NCBI GenBank assembly: GCA_001872605.1
Contig: MNXM01000306.1
Coordinates: 6,291-70,290 of the forward strand
Length of the DNA stretch: 64,000 nucleotides
Reading direction: 5' to 3'
DNA from: Armatimonadetes bacterium CG2_30_59_28
GTDB taxonomy: Bacteria; Armatimonadota; Abditibacteriia; CG2-30-59-28
Below the pieces are notes generated by a model, which was given only the letters and a program-made list of their open reading frames with translations, did no database searches and had not been told where the DNA came from. This document shows positions 18,826 to 28,353 of the stretch, piece by piece. The translations under genes were made by a program, and so were the position numbers. The stretch's first letter is position 1. Every line of letters begins with the position of its first letter.

Positions 18826-19933
18826 GATCCCATTGTAGCGGACACGCCCATCGCAACGCACCTTCCCTCAACTTGGCGCGAAGCGGGGCGGAATCAACCA
18901 ACGCAGTCATGTGTTGCGCCAAATCTCTAGGGTCCGCAGGAGCTGAGGTGAGTAACACGTCTTCTCTGTCGGTGAGGCCAAGCTCCTCCATATCCGCGTC
19001 TCTCTGAGTGGTGATGGTGGGCAATCCGTGCGACATGGCGGCCATGAACGAGGTCCGCCGCATGGTCGCTCCGTCCGTGAAAGGAAAGACAGCGATGTCT
19101 GACCACGAGAGGTGATGGGACACCTCATTTGCGGTCAGAAAGCCGGTCCAGATTACGGAGTCCCGCAAACACAACGTATCTGTCAGGTCGGCCAGCCGAC
19201 GGTGATACGCATTGGAGGCAGGTTCAAATGAAGACATCATGAGCAACCGGGCTTGCGGATGTCGTTGGCTGACAGCGCGGAATGCTTTCAGGAGTTCCTC
19301 CGCGCCTTTGTTTGACTGCACAAACCCGAAATGAGCGATGACAATGTTGTCGGGGCCAATATCGTATCGCGAGTTGAGACGCGCCTCATGCTCCGGACCA
19401 AACTCGGCCACGGAGATTGACGGGGAGAGGCGGATAACCTTGATCTTGCGTCGCACCCAGGGCAGCAGCCGATCGTACAGCCTTCGTTCTGATTGCGCCG
19501 TTAGAATCACTGAATCGGCAAACGTAACGATCGATGCCACGGTGAGTTTGCGCAGGAAGTGCGTCACGCCAAACTCATGCACCGTGACAACCACCGGCAA
19601 GTCTGGGAGTCGCTTCTTGACTTCTCTTGTGAGTCCGGCAAGATCGGGCAGATGTCCGTACGCTTTGCCGGGGTACTGGAAGTGGAGGACATCAAAGGAT
19701 TGACTGGAAATCCAGTCGATTGCCCTTCGCCAGTTTCTCAGTTTCCAGTTCTCCAGTTCATGGCAGACATCTACGCGTGCCGGCGCCTCGTTACACCGGG
19801 TCGTTACGACCTCAACATCCGCCCCAGCCTGTCGCAGTTCGAGGATAAGCCGTTCGGCGTAATCCCCTATTCCGCAGGGAACCGGAGGATAGGATCCGGT
19901 AACCATGGCCACTCTCATCGGCATGACACCCAC
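18779..19933 (-). CDS. family 4 (GT-B) glycosyltransferase
   Basis: MRVAMVTGSYPPVPCGIGDY N-terminal GT4 domain; C-terminal Glycos_transf_1-like region. Confidence 0.75.
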   Translation of the reverse strand: MGVMPMRVAMVTGSYPPVPCGIGDYAERLILELRQAGADVEVVTTRCNEAPARVDVCHELENWKLRNWRRAIDWISSQSFDVLHFQYPGKAYGHLPDLAGLTREVKKRLPDLPVVVTVHEFGVTHFLRKLTVASIVTFADSVILTAQSERRLYDRLLPWVRRKIKVIRLSPSISVAEFGPEHEARLNSRYDIGPDNIVIAHFGFVQSNKGAEELLKAFRAVSQRHPQARLLMMSSFEPASNAYHRRLADLTDTLCLRDSVIWTGFLTANEVSHHLSWSDIAVFPFTDGATMRRTSFMAAMSHGLPTITTQRDADMEELGLTDREDVLLTSAPADPRDLAQHMTALVDSAPLRAKLREGALRWACPLQWDHVAARTLEVYHSVVR

Positions 19934-19942
19934 TGGAAGGCG

Positions 19943-22318
19943 CTACTGTTCAAGTCGCACATCCCCAAGGTGGTAGGCAGAAGTGGGGATCGCCGAGAGT
20001 TCCCCGACCTTGGTGTCGGTTGTTACCCCGTCGACGAAGAGACGGTACGAGCTGTCGAGTTCCTTCCGATTGACGCGTAGGTAGAAGCGATCAACAACCG
20101 CGTGGGAACTGTTCCACAGCGTCATCGGCAAGTGGCCAAAAGCAGGAAGGTGGTTTATGGAGTAGGCGTCATTGTCGCCCTGACATATCAGCCGAATCTC
20201 CGGAACAATCTCCCGGGGAGTCCCCGCCCGCCATTTCAGGGCTACCTCGATGAACCCTCCGTTCGCAGCTCTTCTGGGTATCAGTTGAGCGTCCAGCAAC
20301 TCCAGACCGTTGGACGAGAACCTTGTTGCGCCTCGCGGTGTGGCGGGAAGCGTGAAAAGAGTCTTCAGTCCCTGTGCGTGGTCTGCTCCTTGCCGCAAGG
20401 TCACCACGCCATCGGAGTAACGGATAACGCCATATCCCCTGTCGGAAAAGATGAGGTGCTGACAGGGATCCATCAGGTAGATAACCGAATCTCCCAATAC
20501 CGGCTCCCAGAGGAAGGGCTCATGTAGATCGCGGATGACGTACTCCGCCCGTCCCGGGCTTTCCTCACCGTAGAACCGCTCCCTCCGTGAGACGCGCGGT
20601 CCAAGATGTTGGGAAACTGTAACGGAAGCATCCCTTGGGAGTTGCCTCACAGCCCCGGCCATGGCGCGGATGTGTTCAGCGTCCCAGAATCCGCGTGTGA
20701 CGGCAGGGAGCGCGAACGTTCTCTGGTAGAACACCCCTGAGCCGATCAGGAGTACGCCAAGCCAGACAGTCATTCTTCGCGTGGACATGCGCAGCCGACG
20801 GATCACCTCCGACATGGCCATCAGGGCTGCGACAAGAATGGCGGGCAGAAATGTCGCCGGGTATTGGGTCTGGTAATTCTTCATCAGAACCCAACCGCTG
20901 ATCAGGTGAAGAAAGAGAGCCGGCACGATGGTGAGCAGCACGGAGGGCGTAAGCAACGACAGGAATCCCAGAGGGGCCAACAGCGCAAAGAGGTACAAGG
21001 CATTCTCCCAGGTGAACAGCTCTACCACAATGAGTCGTGGATTGAGCGCGAAGGTTTTCAGCATCCCCAACATACCGGTCTTGAGGTGTCCCAGCATCTC
21101 CCGTTGCTGGGTTTCACCGGCGAGTCCTGAGGATACGTGAGAGAACCTCGGGAGCACAATGAGCGCCGCGGCCACATAGAGAATACAGCCGACGAAGACC
21201 CATAGTCCTCTTCTTGTCAATGAAGCATTGCCCCTCCATCGCCACGCCGCGTAAAGTCCCATCAAGGCCAGCACAAAACCCACGTCTTCACGACAAGCAA
21301 GCGACAGAAGTCCACTCACCAAAAACATCCTGCCGTTTCTCTTCTCCATCGCATAGAACGCAAACAGCAGAAACGGGATGGCCAAAGTGTTACCGTGGAT
21401 GGAATGCAGACAGACTCCCTGGATGGCGGGGTGCAGAAAGTAGGCGATGCAGCACACTAATGCCGCGCCATTGCTTTCCAGCTTCTCGCGAGCAAGTAGG
21501 AAGAGAGGGAATGCCCCCAAGGCGACAAACAGGGCCTGGGCGAACAAGGCTGTGCGAGGGTTTGAGTAGATCCAGTAAAGCAGGGAGATGGGGAGGTACA
21601 TCAGTTCCACACGGCCGCTGAAGGGGCGGAACTCCGGGCGGGCCTTGTCGACCGAGTGAACCAGCAGTCTTCCGTGGGCAGTGTTCCAGAGCGTCTGATC
21701 CATCACACCGAGGTCTGAAGTGAAGGTAAGCCATGCGTTGTGGCGGGATATTGCCGAAACGCTCAGGTAGGTTAATCCGCACACCAGAATGAGCGCCAGA
21801 CCCAGCCATGTTCTGCTTGGCACGGGTTGAGCCGCCATTGGAAGATCGCCGAACGTTGACAACGCGGGCTGTCGGACACAGAAGCAGACATTGGCGGCGG
21901 CGAAGAAAATGAAGGATGTAACGCCCAGGCAGAATAGCATGGAACTGAGACGATCGTCCGACCCCGGCTCCACCAAAGCTTTGGGCACGCTCTGCGCCGC
22001 GATCCACAGCAGCAGCGCCAGTGCCATCCACAGGAAACTCAGCGAGGAGTTCCGTGCTGCTTGCTGAGTGGAGTGCTTCCCAAAGGTGACCGCGCACCCA
22101 GCGAAGACACTCCAGAGGAGGATGGTCAGAAGCAAACAAGGGAGGATTTGCGCGGGAGCCGGGACAGCCGAAGGAGACGGTTGCAATGCTTGGGCGAGCA
22201 AAGCTCCCGTTACGAGGGGAATGAGAGCGTAGCGAAACGACTGTATTGGATGGCCAGCACGCTGCCGTCCGTTGTTGAGTCGCGTTGGTGACGGCTCAGC
22301 AGAGGGGCAGTCACACAT
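19943..22318 (-). CDS. large polytopic membrane protein, DUF2079-like (putative membrane glycosyl-/arabinosyl-transferase-like) with ~290-aa extracytoplasmic C-terminal domain
   Basis: More than 12 predicted TM helices; 'DLGVMDQTLWNTAHGRLL' resembles the DUF2079 signature; soluble C-terminal region. Confidence 0.35.
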   Translation of the reverse strand: MCDCPSAEPSPTRLNNGRQRAGHPIQSFRYALIPLVTGALLAQALQPSPSAVPAPAQILPCLLLTILLWSVFAGCAVTFGKHSTQQAARNSSLSFLWMALALLLWIAAQSVPKALVEPGSDDRLSSMLFCLGVTSFIFFAAANVCFCVRQPALSTFGDLPMAAQPVPSRTWLGLALILVCGLTYLSVSAISRHNAWLTFTSDLGVMDQTLWNTAHGRLLVHSVDKARPEFRPFSGRVELMYLPISLLYWIYSNPRTALFAQALFVALGAFPLFLLAREKLESNGAALVCCIAYFLHPAIQGVCLHSIHGNTLAIPFLLFAFYAMEKRNGRMFLVSGLLSLACREDVGFVLALMGLYAAWRWRGNASLTRRGLWVFVGCILYVAAALIVLPRFSHVSSGLAGETQQREMLGHLKTGMLGMLKTFALNPRLIVVELFTWENALYLFALLAPLGFLSLLTPSVLLTIVPALFLHLISGWVLMKNYQTQYPATFLPAILVAALMAMSEVIRRLRMSTRRMTVWLGVLLIGSGVFYQRTFALPAVTRGFWDAEHIRAMAGAVRQLPRDASVTVSQHLGPRVSRRERFYGEESPGRAEYVIRDLHEPFLWEPVLGDSVIYLMDPCQHLIFSDRGYGVIRYSDGVVTLRQGADHAQGLKTLFTLPATPRGATRFSSNGLELLDAQLIPRRAANGGFIEVALKWRAGTPREIVPEIRLICQGDNDAYSINHLPAFGHLPMTLWNSSHAVVDRFYLRVNRKELDSSYRLFVDGVTTDTKVGELSAIPTSAYHLGDVRLEQ

Positions 22319-23315
22319 CCTCGGGGCCGCTCTCTTCGTCTCGGCCTGAGATTAGCAAGTGCTTGCACTGCTTCTGAATCTTGTAAACCTCTTTCCGCAG
22401 CGCAACGATTTGTGTGCCGATGAATCCGAAACTCAAGAATTGAATGCCTCCGAGAATCAGAAGCAACACGAGGAAGAACAAGGGGCGGCCCGGGGTAAGG
22501 TTGCCCGTGTAACGGAGAATGGCGAGGTACACACCTCCCAGGAATCCAAGTAGCCCCAGGATCAGTCCCACCAGTCCAAAGAGCAGCATGGGTTGCTCGA
22601 AGAGGGAGAAAACGAGGTGAGAGCGTGCGGTGTTGCCCAGTTTGAACTTCGACTTGCCCTTCTTCCGAGACGAGAGGGTGGCGGGGACTTCGGCGACGCG
22701 GAATCCGAGTGCGAAGGCTTTGGAGAGTATCTCAATATGGATTTCCTTCCCATCGGACTCCAGTTCGAGCGACTGCAGTACGTGGCGACGGTAGGCCCGT
22801 GTCATGCCCGTCATGGTAGACACGCGCCCCGACATGGCCATTCCCAGAACTCTATTCCCGGTTCGGCTGATCCACGCGCGGAATGGAGGCACATTCTCCA
22901 CCTTTCCGCCGGGCATGTAAGGAGACGCGACCACCATGTCGGTCATCGGCTCCGCTTGCAGTTTGGCGATCATCTGAAGAAGGCATTCCGAGCTGTAGCT
23001 GAGGTCGGCTTCGGTGGTCACAACAATCCCGCCCCGCGCTTCGCGCATTCCGGCCCGCAGGGCATAGCCCCGACCACGGTTGGGTTGGTAGGAGACCAGC
23101 CGGACGCGTGCATCCCGGGCCGACGCTTCACGGGCGACTTTCTCCGTCTCATCCAGACTGCCGTCATTAACCAGAATCAACTCAAAGGTAAACGGCTTCT
23201 CATCAAAAGCCTCGGTGAAGCGAGCCGCGATGTCGGGAATGTTATCCGCTTCATCGTACATGGGGATAACCAAGGAGACATCGAGGGTTGATGACTGTTG
23301 TGTTTCGGAACTCAT
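22311..23315 (-). CDS. GT2 polyprenyl-phosphate glycosyltransferase (Dpm1/ArnC/GtrB-like) with C-terminal TM helices
   Basis: VSLVIPMYDEADNI...LILVNDGSLDET...; two C-terminal TM segments as in GtrB/ArnC. Confidence 0.75.
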   Translation of the reverse strand: MSSETQQSSTLDVSLVIPMYDEADNIPDIAARFTEAFDEKPFTFELILVNDGSLDETEKVAREASARDARVRLVSYQPNRGRGYALRAGMREARGGIVVTTEADLSYSSECLLQMIAKLQAEPMTDMVVASPYMPGGKVENVPPFRAWISRTGNRVLGMAMSGRVSTMTGMTRAYRRHVLQSLELESDGKEIHIEILSKAFALGFRVAEVPATLSSRKKGKSKFKLGNTARSHLVFSLFEQPMLLFGLVGLILGLLGFLGGVYLAILRYTGNLTPGRPLFFLVLLLILGGIQFLSFGFIGTQIVALRKEVYKIQKQCKHLLISGRDEESGPEDV

Positions 23316-23354
23316 GAGTCGATTCCACCTGTAATCTGGTTCATCTCCGCACCG

Positions 23355-24545
23355 CTAAGACAGGGCATGGCTGTAGACAGTCAGCAATTTCCCGACCTGT
23401 GCATCGCGACTGTATTCCCGCTCCGCGAGCTGCCGCGCTTGTTGTCCCATACGCAACCGCATTTCCTTATCCCTCAACAACTGTGCAAGCGCAAGCGCCA
23501 GGGCGTCGGAGTCCTCGGGAGGGACGATGAGACCCGTCTCCCCGCTCCTGATGATGGTGGGGATCCCACCCACGGAAGTCCCAATTGCGGGTTTTCCCGA
23601 CGCGGCGGCCTCCAGCAGGACGATTCCCATCCCCTCGCTGCGCGAGGGCAGCAGAAAGACATCACATGCGCGGAAATAAGGCGGGAGTTGATCATGCGAT
23701 AGCGGGCCCACGAACTGTACCTGCGAGGCCACGCCCAGCCGTTCCGCTTGATCTCCGAGGGCGTCTCTCTCCTTGCCCCCGCCGACGATGATGAATTTGA
23801 CCCGACTTTCGCTTGTATCCAGTTGAGAAAGGGCCTGAAGGGCCAAGTCAATTCCCTTCCGACCGATGAGGTTGCCTACGAATAGCACGTGCAGGTCAGT
23901 GCCCTCGAAACCGGCGGCCTCTCTTGCCTCTGCAATATCCGACGCCGGATGGAACTGGGCGATGTCCACCCCTGTCTCGAAGATCAGGCTCTCAGGAACG
24001 GTCCGGCCTCCGAGCTCCGTCGTCAGGTTCAGCAGGGGTTCACTGTTGGCTGTGCAGACTTGGGCCTGCCTTAATGTCCATCGGAGCAGAGACTTCAGAC
24101 CAGGCTTCATCCCCCAGACAAGGAGATCAGATCCGTGGGTGGAAATGACGAGTGGAATCCCACGGTGCCGCCTCCCCAAGGCGGCCATCAGCCCCGTCGG
24201 GATGGCCCAGTGACCGTGAAGAATGTCATACTCTCCCTCTCGAAGCGCCCTCCGTAAAGCTCTGATGCCGCAGCGCATGTAGCTGAGCATCAGCTTGACG
24301 GGAATGGAGGAATAGTCGGCGAGTATCTTCTGCTCCGACCGAAAAGAGAACCGTGTTATGTTCACGCCGTCGGTTTCCTCGACCGCTGGGCTATCCTCAA
24401 AAATTCTCGGGGTCAGAACATCCACGGCGATGCCACGGCGAACGAGTTCATCGGCAAGGTCCTTGATAAAGGTGCCGCGCACGCCCCCTGGGCGGTCCGG
24501 GTAGGTGGGTGTTACGAACAGCACTCGCTTGGGAGATCGATTCAC
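23355..24545 (-). CDS. family 4 glycosyltransferase
   Basis: RVLFVTPTYPDRPGGV...; C-terminal 'EGMGIVLLEAAASGKPAIGTSVGGIP' (E-x7-E-like GT4 motif). Confidence 0.8.
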   Translation of the reverse strand: MNRSPKRVLFVTPTYPDRPGGVRGTFIKDLADELVRRGIAVDVLTPRIFEDSPAVEETDGVNITRFSFRSEQKILADYSSIPVKLMLSYMRCGIRALRRALREGEYDILHGHWAIPTGLMAALGRRHRGIPLVISTHGSDLLVWGMKPGLKSLLRWTLRQAQVCTANSEPLLNLTTELGGRTVPESLIFETGVDIAQFHPASDIAEAREAAGFEGTDLHVLFVGNLIGRKGIDLALQALSQLDTSESRVKFIIVGGGKERDALGDQAERLGVASQVQFVGPLSHDQLPPYFRACDVFLLPSRSEGMGIVLLEAAASGKPAIGTSVGGIPTIIRSGETGLIVPPEDSDALALALAQLLRDKEMRLRMGQQARQLAEREYSRDAQVGKLLTVYSHALS

Positions 24546-24550
24546 TTTGC

Positions 24551-25534
24551 TCAGACATCCTCTTCTTGATGCAAACGGCTCCGCTCAAATTCGACGATCT
24601 GTGCGAGTGTATCATCCAGGCTGAGCTTCGGCTCGAACCCGATCAGCCGCCGCGCCTTCTCAATGCTCGGCACTCGTCGCTCCATGTCCTCAAACCCGGG
24701 CTGATACGCTTCCTCGTAAGGTACGTGAACAATGCTGGACGGGCCGCCAACAATTCCCAATATACGTTCCGCAAGTGCGTTGATGGTTACTTCCTCATCG
24801 TTCCCCAGATTGATCACCTCGCCGACAGTTTCCTCTGTGTCCATCATTTCAATGACCGCTGGCGCAACGTCCAGGACGTTGCAGAAGCAGCGCGTCTGGT
24901 TGCCATCCCCGTAGACGGTAATGGGTTTTCCCCTCAAAGCCTGACGCACAAAGCGTGGAACAACCATCCCGTAGTGCCCCGTTTGTCGGGGTCCAATCGT
25001 GTTGAAGAAGCGGGCGATGAAGGCTTGGACGCCAAACTGGCGCACGTATGCAAGAGCCAGGAATTCGTCCAACGCTTTGCTGCAAGCATAGGACCATCGG
25101 TTTTTCGACGTGGGCCCGAGAACAATGTCGGCTTCCTCGACAAAGGGGATGTGTAACCCCTTTCCGTACACTTCCGAAGTCGACGCGATAAAGACGGGGC
25201 GCGCATGGCGACGCGCCAGCTTCAGCGCCATTTCGGTTCCCTGCACGTTGATGGTGATCGTGTGAACGGGATCCTCGATAATCAGTCGTACACCCACCGC
25301 TGCAGCCAGATGGATGATGCGGTCGCACTCCGACACCAGTCGGTCCATCACCGTTTCATTGAGCACCTCGGCCTCAACGGTGTGAAGGCGCGAGTGGTTC
25401 CGAACGGGGGCGAGGTTATCCATATTTCCCGTCGAGAGGTCATCAAGCACGACGACATCGTTGTCTTCCTTCAATAAGTATTCGACAATGTGACTGCCGA
25501 TGAATCCCGCGCCACCGGTGATGAGATATTTCAT
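24551..25534 (-). CDS. NAD-dependent epimerase/dehydratase (UDP-sugar 4-epimerase / UDP-glucuronate decarboxylase-like SDR)
   Basis: MKYLITGGAGFIGSHIVEYLL Rossmann motif; YxxxK present; extended-SDR length 327 aa. Confidence 0.8.
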   Translation of the reverse strand: MKYLITGGAGFIGSHIVEYLLKEDNDVVVLDDLSTGNMDNLAPVRNHSRLHTVEAEVLNETVMDRLVSECDRIIHLAAAVGVRLIIEDPVHTITINVQGTEMALKLARRHARPVFIASTSEVYGKGLHIPFVEEADIVLGPTSKNRWSYACSKALDEFLALAYVRQFGVQAFIARFFNTIGPRQTGHYGMVVPRFVRQALRGKPITVYGDGNQTRCFCNVLDVAPAVIEMMDTEETVGEVINLGNDEEVTINALAERILGIVGGPSSIVHVPYEEAYQPGFEDMERRVPSIEKARRLIGFEPKLSLDDTLAQIVEFERSRLHQEEDV

Positions 25535-25552
25535 GGGTGCACTCTCAATAAC

Positions 25553-26998
25553 TTAGGATGGTTTGCGTACCCCAAACGAATACAAAGTGATTGCTCCGAA
25601 GTGTTTCGTTGTGTCGCAGCGAGCGTTCTCCTTCAGCCACTGTAACACGTGATTTCTGGGATCAATGCCCATCTGTGACCCTGGAGAGATAACCAGAAAG
25701 ACCCGATGGACTCGTTGAATCTCCGTCCGGCCAAAATCGGCAGCGACCGTTTGCATCGAAGGGGGTATCGTCTTTGGCATTCCTTCCCAGTGAAGGCTGC
25801 CATGTGTGTAGTACGCAAAGGGATAGAAACTATAGGGACCGTTGAAGACCGCAATATCTCCCTGCTGCCAATGGCGCTCAATGTATGCGGAGATGTTCCG
25901 CCACGGGTCTCTGCCTGCCTGGTCGGGACCGTAATACTTCCAGTAGGACGCGGCAGTAAGAATCAACACCATGCCGAGGTAAACGGGAAGCGCCGCAGAG
26001 CGTCGCCTCTGCATTCGTTCGAGTCCCAGCCCCAGAATCCACATCAACGGCACGAAGGCCGGAAAGAAGTATTTGGAATGGCTCATACCGGTCTTCCAAC
26101 TCAGCGCCATGCTCATGGCAAATGGAATCGCGAAGGGCAGCAGTGTGGCGGCATGGAAGAGCCGGTTGGGCTGGCGCCAAGTCATGGCACGGAGGAACAC
26201 AATGAATGATAGGCAGACGGTTAGCAGACACAATGTGTGCAGAGAGCTATCCTGCAGGTAGTACGAGAATCCGCTCAGGAAATCAGTGATCGCAACAAAG
26301 CCAGCGGCGCAGGCACGGCCCCAGTCTCCACCGGCAGAGCTGGAAGCGATGGACGTGGCGTGATGGAACAGTCCGGTCGCCCACGGCAAGTAACAAAACA
26401 GGATGGCCGCTTGTGCCGCAAGGAACCCTCGCCAGCGGAGGAGCGGTCGTCCTTCTGTCACGGCTACCACCGCCCAGCCAGCGACCACGATAGACCAGGC
26501 CAGGTTATGTGTATACAACCCCAGAACTGTGAACACGACGTGCCCGACGGCGCTGCGCGTCGACCGTGTTTGCAGCATTCGTAACAGACAATACAGGGAC
26601 CCGGTGCAGAAGAGCACGAGGAAAGAGTACATCCGCGCTTCCTGCGAATGGTGAATGTGAAGAGGCGACACAGCCACTAATACCGCGGCCCACATGCCGG
26701 CGCGGGGGAAACCGAGGCGATCGAGAAACTGGTAGCTCAGTGGCACGGTCGCAATCCCCGCAAGGGCCGAAGGCAGCCGCACCAGCCATTCGCTCCTGCC
26801 AATCATTGCGACGAAATGAAGCATCACATGATACAGCGGTGGATGCAGGTCGCCTCTCCATATTTGCGCGAGAGATCTTTCCGCAAGCAGCACGCTGAAA
26901 CTCTCGTCCACCCCCAAGCTCTTCGTGCCCAATTGGTACAGCCGCAAGAGGGCGGCAACACCAATGATGCAAACCAGCAGCGTTTTGCTCCGGTTCAT
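25553..26998 (-). CDS. GT-C fold membrane glycosyltransferase (GT39/GT83, ArnT/PMT-like)
   Basis: First periplasmic loop 'LGVDESFSVLLAE' (DE motif); 10-12 predicted TM helices; 'RLPSALAGIATV'. Confidence 0.65.
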   Translation of the reverse strand: MNRSKTLLVCIIGVAALLRLYQLGTKSLGVDESFSVLLAERSLAQIWRGDLHPPLYHVMLHFVAMIGRSEWLVRLPSALAGIATVPLSYQFLDRLGFPRAGMWAAVLVAVSPLHIHHSQEARMYSFLVLFCTGSLYCLLRMLQTRSTRSAVGHVVFTVLGLYTHNLAWSIVVAGWAVVAVTEGRPLLRWRGFLAAQAAILFCYLPWATGLFHHATSIASSSAGGDWGRACAAGFVAITDFLSGFSYYLQDSSLHTLCLLTVCLSFIVFLRAMTWRQPNRLFHAATLLPFAIPFAMSMALSWKTGMSHSKYFFPAFVPLMWILGLGLERMQRRRSAALPVYLGMVLILTAASYWKYYGPDQAGRDPWRNISAYIERHWQQGDIAVFNGPYSFYPFAYYTHGSLHWEGMPKTIPPSMQTVAADFGRTEIQRVHRVFLVISPGSQMGIDPRNHVLQWLKENARCDTTKHFGAITLYSFGVRKPS

Positions 26999-28191
26999 TG
27001 CGGTTGTCGTGTCCGTGCGCGACTCCCTCGTAGGATATGCGTCGCTGCATCAGTAATCTCTCGACTGGATATCAACGCCATACACCGCACCAATTTGGGA
27101 CAGACCTCCAGTTCGCAGCCGCCACAAGGCACTTCTTTGCGGATGGGAATATGGTGATCCCCAAAGGGACGCCACTCGTTGAGAGTGGTCATGCTGGCAA
27201 ATGCAACGACGGTTGGCGTCCCTACCGCTGCCGAGATGTGCATGGCGCCACCGTCCACGGTGACAACAAGGCGGCATCGCTCGAAGAGGGCGCCCAGTTC
27301 CTTCAGCGTCAGACTGCCTGTGAGGTCGAGGTGACGTACGTGGATGAGATCGGTAATCTGTCGGACGAGGTCGCGCTCCCCCGGGCTTCCTGTAAACACG
27401 AGATCGACGCCATTCTCATCAACCAGCTCGCGCGACACTTCCGCAAACCGCTCTGCAACCCACAGCTTCGATTTGCATCCAGCGCCGGGATGGACCGCCA
27501 CGAGCGGCCTTTGCCCATGACTAAAATGCAGCGACAGCAACTGATCTACACGTCCTCGGGCCTCCGCGGGGATGGGGAAGAGGAGGGCGGGTTCGAAAAG
27601 TGTCTCGGGTTGGTTAGTGGGATGAAGGGCTTGTGCAACGTCCAAACTCCGATAGACTTCGTGCTGGTACTTGGTGCGCTGCGCGATCCGGTTCAGAAGA
27701 AAGCCTCCTCCCTGGTCGGCATAACTCACCCGGTACGGAATGCCGGCGAGTGTCATGAGCAGCAGGTTGCGAAAATCTCCGCGCAGGTCAATGCCGAGGT
27801 CAAACCTCTGAACCCTCAGTCGGCGCGCCTCTCGGATGAGAGACGGCAGCAACGGCGGTGCAGAGCCACTTCGATCAAACCACGGCGCCGCGTAAGATTG
27901 GAGGTCATCAATGTCGGGGTTGTCCACCAGCGTCTCCATTGACCAAGGACCCACCAGGGCCGCTATCCTTGCTCGAGGGAACTCCTCCCGAAGCTGGTGC
28001 AGGGCGGGAGTGCTCAACAACACGTCGCCAATATGGTCCAGCCGGAGGACAATCGCTCTCTTTGCAGCGGGAGCGGGACCGCGGCGCCACAGAGGCGAGA
28101 ACAACCCCAGAACCCTCCGGGCGGCTTCTCCAATAACATCCACGAGGGTAAAGAGCGTGACCCAGCGGCGTTTCTTGAATCGGTACGTCAT
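26995..28191 (-). CDS. family 9 glycosyltransferase (ADP-heptose:LPS heptosyltransferase-like)
   Basis: 'AVHPGAGCKSKLWVAERF' and 'VTVDGGAMHISAAVGTPTVVAF' match GT9 signatures. Confidence 0.8.
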   Translation of the reverse strand: MTYRFKKRRWVTLFTLVDVIGEAARRVLGLFSPLWRRGPAPAAKRAIVLRLDHIGDVLLSTPALHQLREEFPRARIAALVGPWSMETLVDNPDIDDLQSYAAPWFDRSGSAPPLLPSLIREARRLRVQRFDLGIDLRGDFRNLLLMTLAGIPYRVSYADQGGGFLLNRIAQRTKYQHEVYRSLDVAQALHPTNQPETLFEPALLFPIPAEARGRVDQLLSLHFSHGQRPLVAVHPGAGCKSKLWVAERFAEVSRELVDENGVDLVFTGSPGERDLVRQITDLIHVRHLDLTGSLTLKELGALFERCRLVVTVDGGAMHISAAVGTPTVVAFASMTTLNEWRPFGDHHIPIRKEVPCGGCELEVCPKLVRCMALISSREITDAATHILRGSRARTRQPQ

Positions 28192-28353
28192 TGATCAGCA
28201 GCCCACCCGGGTTCGGGGAACGCTCCCCCGCCGTGTCCGTTCGCTTTCGAGGGCAGACGGGAGATTCTTCTCAATGGCCACAGCCGTTCCTGCAGCGTGT
28301 GGTCAAGATGATTCTCTTCGAGATAAGCCCAATGATCCGGATTCTGCGGGAGT

